Below are positions 18,356 through 26,615 of a stretch of 64,000 bases of DNA, piece after piece. The notes beneath the pieces were generated by a model that saw only the letters and a program-made list of their open reading frames with translations, had not been told where the DNA came from and searched no databases. Made by a program: the position numbers and the translations under genes. Where the stretch lies: assembly GCA_018333535.1 (NCBI GenBank), contig JAGXTA010000046.1, positions 20,551-84,550 of the forward strand, written 5' to 3'. Each line of letters starts with the position of its first letter. Position 1 is the first letter of the stretch. The stretch comes from Deltaproteobacteria bacterium. Its GTDB lineage: Bacteria > Desulfobacterota > BSN033 > UBA1163.

Positions 18356-18427
18356 AGCTCTGCGCCTATCATAACCTTCAATTCCTGAACATGGTTGCAG
18401 TAATGACTTGGAGGTGAAATACGCAAA

Positions 18428-18650
18428 CTGAAAACTGGAAAGCATAAAATAGATATCATGTTTACCCCGTTAGAAAGCCTCAGCATTCCTGCCTGTCGGC
18501 AGACAGGTATGCTGAGGATGGTAGAAATAGAAAGCATCCCTGCCTGCGGCAGGCAGGAGCTCCTTATTTAGGGCGAGGTCAAACCCCTGCCCTTTCTGAC
18601 GGGGTTTACTCGCCCTCAATCTGAATCTCAATCTTTTTGGGTTTCTCGCA
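18428..18650. repeat. Direct repeat DR2 (about 223 bp) overlapping the authentic 3' end of mobB
   Basis: See DR1. Together the repeats bracket the hicAB cassette. Confidence 0.75.
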
Positions 18651-19256
18651 TCCCTTCAATGAACGGACCATTCCCTTAATCGACCCTAACAGGAAATCTC
18701 TGATAAAAGGTTTTAACGGAACGGCCCTGTCATCTACCCTTAGAGTGATTTGTTCTTCCTTTTTTGACTTTAAAAACTTCTTTTCGATAAAATCACCCAC
18801 TCCTTTGACATCATCAAGAAAGAAGCAGGAGACCCCGACATTGAACTCCTTGTCCGATACAATGGCGATGAGGTTATCCTCTTTGGTGCAGAGAAGCTCC
18901 TTGTGCTTTTCCGTTCTGAAGATTTCGATCTTCGGTTGGACATCCTTTTTGTAGCCCTCTGAAAGAATAAGGTCTACATCCTGAACCAACTTGTCCCGGA
19001 TTTCATCCAACCGTAAATCCTTCTCCACATCCCGGATCAGCGCCACTTTGGCAGGAGAGGAGATGATCGTTGTATGGGCGCCTGCCTGCTTATGCCGCCA
19101 GCTATCCTTCCCCTCCCGGTCCACCTCAAACCCGTGAACATCGTGCTTCACGGTTGCGATCCGGTAACCCCTGCGGACTAGCTCAGGCAAAAGTTTCTCG
19201 ATAAATGTGGTCTTTCCGCTATCTGACTTACCAACAATAGAAATGATGGGAATCAC
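18606..19256 (-). CDS. mobB: Molybdopterin-guanine dinucleotide biosynthesis adapter protein MobB
   Basis: IVGKSDSGKTTFIEKL...VKH Walker-A region. Probable GTG start with RBS AAAGGAG 6 nt upstream. The ORF track extends a further 25 codons upstream. Confidence 0.85.
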   Translation of the reverse strand: MIPIISIVGKSDSGKTTFIEKLLPELVRRGYRIATVKHDVHGFEVDREGKDSWRHKQAGAHTTIISSPAKVALIRDVEKDLRLDEIRDKLVQDVDLILSEGYKKDVQPKIEIFRTEKHKELLCTKEDNLIAIVSDKEFNVGVSCFFLDDVKGVGDFIEKKFLKSKKEEQITLRVDDRAVPLKPFIRDFLLGSIKGMVRSLKGCEKPKKIEIQIEGE

Positions 19257-19262
19257 GCTAAA

Positions 19263-19375
19263 CTCCTTTGGAATATTGGAATGTTGGAACAATGGAATAA
19301 TGGGGAAGGCTGAGAAGATTCTTTTCGACACAACATTCCATCATTCCATAATTCCATTCTTCCATGATCAAAAGT
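19263..19375. promoter_or_regulatory. Array of inverted TGGAAT/ATTCCA repeats between moeA and mobB
   Basis: GGAATATTGGAATGTTGGAACAATGGAATAATGG faces CATTCCATCATTCCATAATTCCATTCTTCC. This is either a long imperfect hairpin or an array of protein-binding sites. Confidence 0.45.
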
Positions 19376-20582
19376 TTCGTTCCAGCAATTGCACCTTCAC
19401 TTTCTCCCCTGCCCTGACAATCTCTTGGCTTTCGGGGATGACGATAAGGCCATTGGCCCTGACCATGGATCTCAATATCCCTGACCCCTGTGGACCTGTC
19501 GTTGTCACCGAATAGCCGTCGTTTTCAAATGAGACCATGGCCCGGATAAAATGTTTTTTCCCCGGCTCTTTACGAATTTCCTCCTTTAGAACAGCCTCGA
19601 TAACAGGCTGAAAGATTTGCCGATGGCCCATCATCTTCAAGAGCGATGGCCTTACAAACTGTTCAAAGGTGATCATGGAGGAAACAGGGTTTCCCGGAAG
19701 GCTGAAGGCTGGCTTCTTATCAAACATCCAGAAAGCCACGGGTTTCCCTGGTTTCATTGCGACTCTCCAGAATATCATCTCCACGCCCAGTTCCTTCAGG
19801 ACATCCCTGACGAAATCATAATCCCCTACGGAGACACCCGCTGACGAAATAAAAACATCAGACCGAAGCCCCTGAAGAATCTTCTTTTTAATCTCATCTT
19901 TTTGGTCTTTCGCAATTCCCAATTGAATCGGGATCGCTCCGCACTCCCTGACCTGGGCGGCCAATGTGTAGGAATTGCTGGAGACAATCTTCACCCCATC
20001 CAGGCTCTCACCCACATCCACCAGTTCCTCACCAGTACAGAGGACCGCCACTGATGGCCTTTGATAAACCGAGACGAATGACCTTCCCATAGAGGCAAGC
20101 ATCCCGATTTCTGATGGACGGATGATATCCCCTTTGGTGATCACCCGATCTCCCCTCTTTACATCCTCCCCTGCCCTTCGGATGTACCCACCGGGAAAAC
20201 CAGCCTTCAGAATGATGACAAAACCGTTTCCCCTTTCCGTCTCCTCAACAGGCACAACCGCATCAGCGCCTTTTGGGATGGGGGCGCCGGTCATAATTCT
20301 TATGGCCTGACCCTTTTGGACTGTTTTTTCCGAAATGAATCCAGCGCGAAGATCTTCAATCACTTCTAAGCGGACAGGATTCTTTTCAGAAGCATCCGGA
20401 ATATCTTCATACCTGACCGCATAACCGTCCATCCCCGAATTATCATAAGGGGGAAGATCACGAGGGGCAATCATATCCTCCGCAATCACCCGGCCCAGGG
20501 CATCCAGAATGGATACCTTCTCAAACCCCATGGGCTGGATGTGAGAAAGGGTTTTATCTAAGGCTTCTTCTACGGTGATCAT
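19368..20582 (-). CDS. moeA: Molybdopterin molybdotransferase MoeA
   Basis: 404 aa. MoeA N-terminal and MoCF-biosynthesis domains. SGMDGYAV motif. Confidence 0.9.
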   Translation of the reverse strand: MITVEEALDKTLSHIQPMGFEKVSILDALGRVIAEDMIAPRDLPPYDNSGMDGYAVRYEDIPDASEKNPVRLEVIEDLRAGFISEKTVQKGQAIRIMTGAPIPKGADAVVPVEETERGNGFVIILKAGFPGGYIRRAGEDVKRGDRVITKGDIIRPSEIGMLASMGRSFVSVYQRPSVAVLCTGEELVDVGESLDGVKIVSSNSYTLAAQVRECGAIPIQLGIAKDQKDEIKKKILQGLRSDVFISSAGVSVGDYDFVRDVLKELGVEMIFWRVAMKPGKPVAFWMFDKKPAFSLPGNPVSSMITFEQFVRPSLLKMMGHRQIFQPVIEAVLKEEIRKEPGKKHFIRAMVSFENDGYSVTTTGPQGSGILRSMVRANGLIVIPESQEIVRAGEKVKVQLLERNF

Positions 20583-20697
20583 GGTCGGTATTTATAACAT
20601 AAAACAATTCATATGAAAATTCGAGGATGTTCTTGGGCCCTCATAAGCCATATTCATTTTTTGTTTGGAAATTATTCAAAACTTTCTAAAATACTCC

Positions 20698-20726
20698 TTG
20701 ACAAGTTATGAGCATATGCTTATAAT
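20698..20726 (+). promoter_or_regulatory. Consensus sigma-70 promoter whose spacer contains the palindrome AGCATATGCT
   Basis: TTGACA at 20698-20703, a 17-nt spacer, then TATAAT at 20721-20726. About 25 nt upstream of the DUF134 ATG. Lies in the divergent region with moeA. Confidence 0.6.
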
Positions 20727-20750
20727 TTAGCCTAAAAGTGGGTAATTTGA

Positions 20751-21227
20751 ATGGCAAGGCCAAGACATTGCAGGCGAGTAGAGTGTATTCCTGGAAGCAG
20801 ATACTTTAAACCCAGAGGTATCCCTCTTTCTTCATTAGAGGAAGTCATTTTAACTGTTGATGAATTCGAGGCTATCAGACTGGCTGACCTTGAGGGTTTA
20901 TATCAGGAGCAGGCAGCAGAAAAGATGAACATTTCTCGCCAAACCTTTGGAAGGATTATCGAATCAGCACATCAAAAGGTGGCCGATGCGTTGGTTCAGG
21001 GGAAGGCATTAAAGATTGAAGGAGGTGAGTTTGAAATGGCAGAGAGGAGAAAGTTTAAATGTTATGACTGCCAACACACCTTGGAACTTCCTTACGGAAC
21101 GGGTAGACCGGAGAATTGTCCTTCCTGCAAAAGTGGCAACATTCGCAGAGCAGAAGAAGACAGGGGGAGTGCAAGAGGTTTTGGCAATAGGCAAAAGAGG
21201 GATTGTTTTCGATCTCAGGCAAAATAG
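20751..21227 (+). CDS. DUF134 (UPF0251) family predicted DNA-binding protein with a C-terminal zinc ribbon
   Basis: Hallmark N-terminus MARPRHCRRV. The C-terminus has CYDCQ...CPSCKSG. Confidence 0.8.
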   Translation: MARPRHCRRVECIPGSRYFKPRGIPLSSLEEVILTVDEFEAIRLADLEGLYQEQAAEKMNISRQTFGRIIESAHQKVADALVQGKALKIEGGEFEMAERRKFKCYDCQHTLELPYGTGRPENCPSCKSGNIRRAEEDRGSARGFGNRQKRDCFRSQAK

Positions 21228-21292
21228 CAATGAAGAAAACATTATCGAAGCGTGACAAAATAAATGGACACCCAATAAGAAAGGAGAAAATC

Positions 21293-21532
21293 ATGAAAGT
21301 AGGTTTTGCAGTTCAGACGAACGAAGGAATGGAAAGCAGGGTTTATGATCATTTTGGCTCGGCCCCGGCATTCATCATTGTCGATACCGAAGGGAAAGAG
21401 GTCTTAACAATTAATAATAAGGACTTGCACCATCTTCACGGCGCATGCAATCCAATCATGGCGCTTGATGGGAAGAGCGTCGATGCAATGGTCGTGGGTG
21501 GCATAGGAGCAGGCGCATTGACGAAGTCAGAC
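21293..21532 (+). pseudogene. NifX/NafY-like (dinitrogenase FeMo-cofactor biosynthesis domain) gene, N-terminal fragment interrupted by an IS200/IS605 insertion
   Basis: RBS AAGGAGA. MKVGFAVQTNEG...HFGSAPAFIIVD...MVVGGIGAGAL matches the intact paralogs at 25201 and 25587. The sequence after GAGALTK diverges into IS-end hairpins. Confidence 0.7.
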
Positions 21533-22170
21533 ACCCCCCGCAAAGCGGGTGGCTTGATGAGCGGGGCTGCCTCAAAGGCAGTCGACCCGATAGCTAAACG
21601 TTGCGCTAAAGCGCACCTCAGTTGCCAAATTAAAAATGTTCTCCCGTTCCATCCGCTTCCTCTTGATCGCGGATGTATTGGCGAACTTGCTCTATCTGAA
21701 ATCCAACGGTGGATACCGCATATCCCCGAGCCCAAAGATGTTCCCCTGTGAAATTCCTCTCCTTGCCGCATAGCTGCCTTGAGATCGCAATCGCACTCTT
21801 CCCTTTCAAAAAACCGATCACAGAAGCAACCGCATACTTTGGGGGAATCGCAATACACACATGAACATGATCGGGCATCAGATGACCTTCCAGAATTTGG
21901 CATTCTTTCTGCCGAGCCAAGGCATGAAATATTTCACCTAGGTGGCGTCGTGCCTGCCCAAACAGGGCTCTCCGTCTCTTCTTTGGGATAAACACCACAT
22001 GGTATTTGCAATCCCATTTCGAATGAGATAAGCTTCGATAACCCTGAAAACTTTCTTCCATAACATCCTCCTGTGCCGTTTGCTTTTCTCATCAAGCCAC
22101 GGGAGGATGTTATGCTCAACGGTCAAACCTTTTCAAGTCGCACTGGTAAAACCAGTGGCTTACCTAAATT
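21533..22170. mobile_element. IS200/IS605-family insertion sequence (TnpA only)
   Basis: Contains the HuH Y1 transposase ORF. Subterminal hairpins CCCGCaaaGCGGG, CTGCCtcaaaGGCAG and TGCGCtaaaGCGCA lie at one end, and CACTGGtaaaaCCAGTG at the other. The element splits the NifX-like gene. Confidence 0.8.
21630..22061 (-). CDS. tnpA: IS200/IS605 family transposase TnpA (HuH Y1)
   Basis: 143 aa with SKWDCKYHVVFIPKKRR and the HVHVCIAIPPKY HuH motif. Confidence 0.9.
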   Translation of the reverse strand: MEESFQGYRSLSHSKWDCKYHVVFIPKKRRRALFGQARRHLGEIFHALARQKECQILEGHLMPDHVHVCIAIPPKYAVASVIGFLKGKSAIAISRQLCGKERNFTGEHLWARGYAVSTVGFQIEQVRQYIRDQEEADGTGEHF

Positions 22171-22324
22171 CGAGTTAAACGCATCGGGGATAAGAGTATA
22201 CGGAGCCGGGGCTTCAACCGTAAAAGAAAACCTTTTCCTATTAAGCGAAAATAAGCTCCAGGAGCTTTCGGCGTACAATGCCTGCCGAGCCCATCAGGGC
22301 GGATGCGGACATCAACAAGAATAG
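22166..22324 (+). pseudogene. NifX-like gene, C-terminal fragment displaced by the IS insertion
   Basis: ELNASGIRVYGAGASTVKENLFLLSENKLQE aligns with ALSASGIKVYLVPGGTIREVTEAFKDGKLQE of the paralog at 25587. Confidence 0.65.
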
Positions 22325-22353
22325 TTTGTGAATCAGACAGTTGAGGAATCTTC

Positions 22354-23691
22354 GTGAAAGGGAAAGAGCCGGATAAATTTTTTAATGTCATTCTCAATAG
22401 CATTGCCGATGGGGTGTTCACCACCGACAATGATGGCAAAATCACCTTTATGAATAAAGCTGCTGAGGAGATTACGGGATTTTCGAATAAGGAGGCTATC
22501 GGCCGTTACTGCTTTGACATCTTTCGGGCAGATATCTGTCAGACCAGATGTGCGTTGAAAGAAACCCTCCAGACAAAAAAAGAGATCATCAATCTCAATG
22601 CTACCATTTTGAAGAAGGGAGGCCAAAAAGTCCCCATCAGTATTAGCACTGCTGTATTGAAGAATGAGCGAGGACAAATCATAGGAGGAGTTGAAACCTT
22701 TCGGGATCTCTCTGTCATTGAAGAACTTAAGAAAGAACTCGCCGAAAAATATTCGATTGGCGATATCATAAGTAAAAATCACCTGATTTATGACATCTTC
22801 AACATTCTTCCCGATGTCGCAGAGAGCGATAGCACGGTTCTGATTCAAGGGGCCAGCGGCACGGGAAAAGAGCTTTTTGCAAAGGGCATTCACCATTTGA
22901 GCCGGAGAAAAGAAAAACCTTTCATCAAGGTAAATTGTGGCGCCCTTCCGGATACTCTCCTTGAGTCGGAACTCTTCGGGTACGTCAAGGGAGCCTTTAC
23001 GGATGCGAAAAAAGACAAACCGGGAAGGTTTGCCCTGGCCAACGGGGGAACCTTATTTCTCGATGAGGTAGGGGATATGTCCCCTTCCCTTCAGGTGAAG
23101 TTGCTTCGTGTTCTCCAAGAAAAAGAGTTCGAACCCCTGGGTTCGACGAGTCCCAGAACAACCGATGTCCGAATCATTGCGGCCACCAACAAAGACCTTT
23201 TAAAACTGATGGAAATAGGAAAATTCAGGGACGACCTCTTTTACCGGATCAATGTGGTGAAAATCGAGCTTCCTCTCCTTTCACAGAGAAAGGAGGACCT
23301 CCCCCTGCTCATTGATAGCTTTATTAGGAAATTCAACGCAAAGATGGGAAAACGCATCACCAGGGTATCCGATCAGGCCTTAAGGGTTCTTTTGCGATAT
23401 GATTATCCCGGGAATGTGAGAGAACTTGAAAATATCCTGGAGCATGCCTTTGTTCTCTGTAGGGGAAATCTGATCGATCTTGATTGTCTTCCAAAAGAAA
23501 TGACAGGTGACCAAACGGAAATCGCCTCCTCTTTGCTAACCGATGAGAAGAACCCTCTCGATCAAGCCGAGGCAGAAACCATCCGGCAGGTGTTGAAGAA
23601 ATATGGAGGAGACCGAACCAAAGCAGCCAACGAATTGAGTGTCGGCCGCACAACCCTCTGGAGGAAAATGAAAAAGTATCGGCTTGCCTGA
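22354..23691 (+). CDS. Sigma-54-dependent transcriptional activator with an N-terminal PAS domain and a C-terminal Fis-type HTH
   Basis: PAS region (FNVILNSIADGVFTTDNDGKITFMN), AAA+ sigma-54 interaction domain (GASGTGKELFA...GAFTDA...ESELFG) and C-terminal HTH (RTKAANELSVGRTTLWRKM). Confidence 0.85.
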   Translation: MKGKEPDKFFNVILNSIADGVFTTDNDGKITFMNKAAEEITGFSNKEAIGRYCFDIFRADICQTRCALKETLQTKKEIINLNATILKKGGQKVPISISTAVLKNERGQIIGGVETFRDLSVIEELKKELAEKYSIGDIISKNHLIYDIFNILPDVAESDSTVLIQGASGTGKELFAKGIHHLSRRKEKPFIKVNCGALPDTLLESELFGYVKGAFTDAKKDKPGRFALANGGTLFLDEVGDMSPSLQVKLLRVLQEKEFEPLGSTSPRTTDVRIIAATNKDLLKLMEIGKFRDDLFYRINVVKIELPLLSQRKEDLPLLIDSFIRKFNAKMGKRITRVSDQALRVLLRYDYPGNVRELENILEHAFVLCRGNLIDLDCLPKEMTGDQTEIASSLLTDEKNPLDQAEAETIRQVLKKYGGDRTKAANELSVGRTTLWRKMKKYRLA

Positions 23692-23841
23692 AGGTGCTGA
23701 GACTGGCCTGTCTCATTCTAGCAACTGTTTCATTCAATCCGTTTCATTTATGAAACACAATAAAATCTCCCTTCTTTTCCCCCATAACTTGCATCTCCTC
23801 TAACCTTTTGATATCTCATCTTTTTTATTAAAGCTGATGTT

Positions 23842-23856
23842 TGGCACCTATCTTGC
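23842..23856 (+). promoter_or_regulatory. Sigma-54 (-24/-12) promoter TGGCAC-N5-TTGCT
   Basis: Exact match to the core consensus. It sits 14-20 nt upstream of the two candidate start codons of the NifB/NifX-like gene and directly downstream of the sigma-54 activator gene. Confidence 0.5.
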
Positions 23857-23875
23857 TCTTAATAAGCTCATGGAG

Positions 23876-24256
23876 ATGAAGATTGCAATTCCACTTTTTG
23901 GAACTCGGATTTCACCCCGTTTTGACTTCTCCCAAGAGATTCGGATCATTACGGTAGAGGATGGGAAAGTGGTCCGGAAAGAGAACTTCCCGGTTGCTCA
24001 TCTTAACCTCAGTCAGCGTCTCGACCAATTGGCTTCCAACGGAGTGAGCAAGGTGATTTGTGGCGGAATTGATGGATTCTGCTTAAATCAATTGGGAAGT
24101 AAAGGGATTGAGGTTGTCCACAATGTGGCAGGAGAGGCTGAAATCGCCTCCGACCTTTTCATGAAAGGAAAGCTTCGGACAGGCTTTTGCTGTGAAGGAA
24201 GAGGAAGAAGACGTTTTTGTGTTTGGAAGAAAGGTTCCAGAGGAAGGAGGATATAA
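23876..24256 (+). CDS. NifB/NifX-like dinitrogenase FeMo-cofactor biosynthesis domain protein with a Cys-rich tail
   Basis: MKIAIPLFGTRISPRFDFS...VICGGI...GIEVV. The C-terminus has FCCEGRGRRRFC. The alternative ATG at 23870 is in frame. Confidence 0.75.
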   Translation: MKIAIPLFGTRISPRFDFSQEIRIITVEDGKVVRKENFPVAHLNLSQRLDQLASNGVSKVICGGIDGFCLNQLGSKGIEVVHNVAGEAEIASDLFMKGKLRTGFCCEGRGRRRFCVWKKGSRGRRI

Positions 24257-25204
24257 ATGGCCGAAGAAAAATGTAAAAAAGATGCAGTCTGCGATACCTG
24301 TAACGAATCCAGCTCTTGCAGTCAGCAGGAAAAAGAGGCCCATGCCCAGGAGAGATTGAAATCGAAACTCTCGCATATCCAACATCGAATCATGGTGATG
24401 AGCGGAAAGGGCGGCGTCGGGAAAAGTACCGTATCGACTAATTTGGCTGTTGCACTATCTCTGGATGGGTTCAACGTCGGGCTCCTCGATGCGGACATTC
24501 ATGGCCCCAACATTCCCAAGATGCTTGGAATTGAATCCAAGCATGTGGAGGGATCAGACAAGGGGATGATTCCGGTTGAGGTCTTTCCGAACTTGAAGGT
24601 CATTTCCATGGCCTTTTTCATCGGTGATCGGGATAATCCAGTGGTCTGGAGAGGTCCCCTTAAGCATGGCGCCATCAGCCAATTTCTTGGAGAAGTGGAC
24701 TGGGGAAACCTCGATTTTCTCGTCGTCGATCTTCCTCCTGGGACGGGGGATGAACCGTTAAGTGCAGCTCATCTCATTAAGAATGTGGATGGCTCTATTA
24801 TCGTAACCACTCCTCAGGATGTTGCCCTGCTCGATTCTCGAAAGGCTGTTACCTTCAGTCGGATGCTCAGTATTCCTGTGATTGGGATTGTTGAAAACAT
24901 GAGTGGATTGGAATGTCCTCACTGCCATAAAGAGATTCCTCTTTTTAAGATCGGTGGAGGAGAAAAGGCTGCCCGTGACATGAAGGTTCCCTTTCTTGGA
25001 AGGATCCCTATCGATTCAGAGATGGTTATCGATTGTGATAGAGGAATGCCGTTTGTTATGGCTCATCCAAAATCGGAGGCAGCTAAGGCCTTTAAGGAGA
25101 TAGCCCACCGCTGTAAGGAGTATGTGGGATTCAAGGAGACAGAGAAACAATCTGAAAGGGAAAAATTTCCCTATCATTTCAAAGAACAGGAGGTGAAGAG
25201 ATGA
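24257..25204 (+). CDS. mrp: Mrp/NBP35 (ApbC) family Fe-S cluster carrier ATPase
   Basis: Walker A SGKGGVGKST, CPHCHKEIPLF cluster-binding motif and N-terminal CDTCNESSSC. Confidence 0.9.
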   Translation: MAEEKCKKDAVCDTCNESSSCSQQEKEAHAQERLKSKLSHIQHRIMVMSGKGGVGKSTVSTNLAVALSLDGFNVGLLDADIHGPNIPKMLGIESKHVEGSDKGMIPVEVFPNLKVISMAFFIGDRDNPVVWRGPLKHGAISQFLGEVDWGNLDFLVVDLPPGTGDEPLSAAHLIKNVDGSIIVTTPQDVALLDSRKAVTFSRMLSIPVIGIVENMSGLECPHCHKEIPLFKIGGGEKAARDMKVPFLGRIPIDSEMVIDCDRGMPFVMAHPKSEAAKAFKEIAHRCKEYVGFKETEKQSEREKFPYHFKEQEVKR

Positions 25205-25590
25205 AAAGAATTGCATTAGCTTCTGAAGATGGTTCTGGCCTCGATGGATTGCTGAGTGCCCATTTTGGCAGATGCCCTTTCTATACCTTTGTCAATGTGG
25301 AAGGAGATCGGATTCTGGGATCTGAAGTAGTCAAGAATCCTTACTTTCCAAACCATACACCGGGAGTCATTCCCGAGTTTATCCATTCACAAAAGGCGAA
25401 TGTGATGATCGCAGGAGGAATGGGGCCGAGGGCCATCGACTTTTTCACCCAATTTGGGATTGACGTCGCTACAGGGGCCCAGGGGAAAGTGAAGGATATT
25501 GTTGAGGCCTATTTGAGAGGCGAAATTCAGGGAATCGTTGCTTGTGAGCATCACGGGCATGATCATGAATGTCAGGAGGAGAAACGATGA
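25201..25590 (+). CDS. NifX-like dinitrogenase FeMo-cofactor biosynthesis domain protein
   Basis: MKRIALAS...HFGRCPFYTFVNV...MIAGGMGPRAIDFFTQFGIDV. Start overlaps the mrp stop. Confidence 0.8.
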   Translation: MKRIALASEDGSGLDGLLSAHFGRCPFYTFVNVEGDRILGSEVVKNPYFPNHTPGVIPEFIHSQKANVMIAGGMGPRAIDFFTQFGIDVATGAQGKVKDIVEAYLRGEIQGIVACEHHGHDHECQEEKR

Positions 25591-26126
25591 AAGTTGCTGT
25601 CAGCGCAACAGGAAAAGACCTCAATTGCCAAATCGATCCAAGGTTTGGAAGATGCCAGTATTTTATCTTTATCGATCCTGAGACCATGGAGTTTGATGCC
25701 TTTGGGAATGAAGGGTTAATGGCAATGGGTGGTGCCGGGGTTCAGGCCGCACAGCTTATTGTCCAAAAAGGGGCAAGCGCTCTGATTACGGGCAATCTTG
25801 GACCCAATGCCGCTTCAGCTCTCTCAGCATCAGGAATCAAAGTCTACTTAGTTCCTGGAGGGACAATAAGGGAAGTTACCGAAGCATTCAAGGATGGAAA
25901 ACTTCAGGAGGCAAGTGGGCCTACGGTTCCTCCTCATTTTGGAATATCCCCTTCTCCATCCCTCTCCCCCAAGAGACTGTGTCGTAATTCCGTTCATGGT
26001 TCGAGAGCCTCACCACGAACGGATTATGACATGTTGAAAATCAATCACTTAGCCGTTCGTCCTGAGCGTGTCGAAGGGCGAATGGCTAATTATGACACAG
26101 TCTCCAAGGGGAGAGGGCGAGGGTGA
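25587..26126 (+). CDS. NifX-like domain protein with a low-complexity C-terminal tail
   Basis: MKVAVSATGKDLNCQIDPRFGRCQYFIFID...ITGNLGPNAASAL...GIKVY. The last about 200 nt are highly structured DNA, so the true C-terminus is uncertain. Confidence 0.65.
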   Translation: MKVAVSATGKDLNCQIDPRFGRCQYFIFIDPETMEFDAFGNEGLMAMGGAGVQAAQLIVQKGASALITGNLGPNAASALSASGIKVYLVPGGTIREVTEAFKDGKLQEASGPTVPPHFGISPSPSLSPKRLCRNSVHGSRASPRTDYDMLKINHLAVRPERVEGRMANYDTVSKGRGRG

Positions 26127-26257
26127 GGGGGAGTATGGGTGGCCGTAGAGGTTAAAGAACGAATATTACGAATAGCTACGAATTATTCGAATAAAATCCT
26201 TTCGTTAAATTCGGTACCATTTGAATAATTCGCCTGTGAAAGAAAGGAAGGATAATT

Positions 26258-26470
26258 ATGCCTTACGGAATGGGACCTGCTGGATGGAGACACCATCCTT
26301 ATGGATATGGGAGAGGCTGGTGTTGGAACCCCGGGTCGTACGGAGCGCCTGTTCCACCATGGGGATCTCCAACCAAAGAAGATGAAATCCGATTTCTTGA
26401 AGAGGAAGCCAATTTCCTTCGAGGAGAGTTAGGCCAGATTGAAAAAAGGCTCGACGAACTGAAAAAATAA
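26258..26470 (+). CDS. DUF5320 family small protein, paralog 1
   Basis: Gly/Pro/aromatic-rich N-terminus (MPYGMGPAGW...GYGRGWC). C-terminal coiled helix (EEEANFLRGELGQIEKRLDELKK). RBS GGAAGG. Confidence 0.65.
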   Translation: MPYGMGPAGWRHHPYGYGRGWCWNPGSYGAPVPPWGSPTKEDEIRFLEEEANFLRGELGQIEKRLDELKK

Positions 26471-26478
26471 AAATGCTT

Positions 26479-26615
26479 TAGGGTAAAGGTTAGGAAGCCG
26501 GTTTAGTATTTGGTCATAGGGTTACGGCTTAAAAATTTTAAGCCCCGACTACGTAACCCTTTAACGAAACCGGCATCTTAACCCTAACCTTCCGACTAAC
26601 GACTTTTATTCGAAG
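26479..26615 (+). other. Nested palindromic RNA/DNA structure between DUF5320 paralogs
   Basis: The outer arms TTAGGGTAAAGGTTAGGAAGCCGGTTT and AAACCGGCATCTTAACCCTAACC enclose AGGGTTACG-[GCTTAAAAATTTTAAGCC]-...CGTAACCCT. Confidence 0.4.

Noticed and set aside
25930-26126. The C-terminal 60 aa of the NifX-like ORF at 25587 as genuine protein sequence
   Set aside because: This stretch coincides with two long DNA palindromes and a REP element, and its composition is low-complexity. It is more likely that a structured non-coding region happens to lack a stop. It is kept within the CDS span only because no in-frame stop exists.
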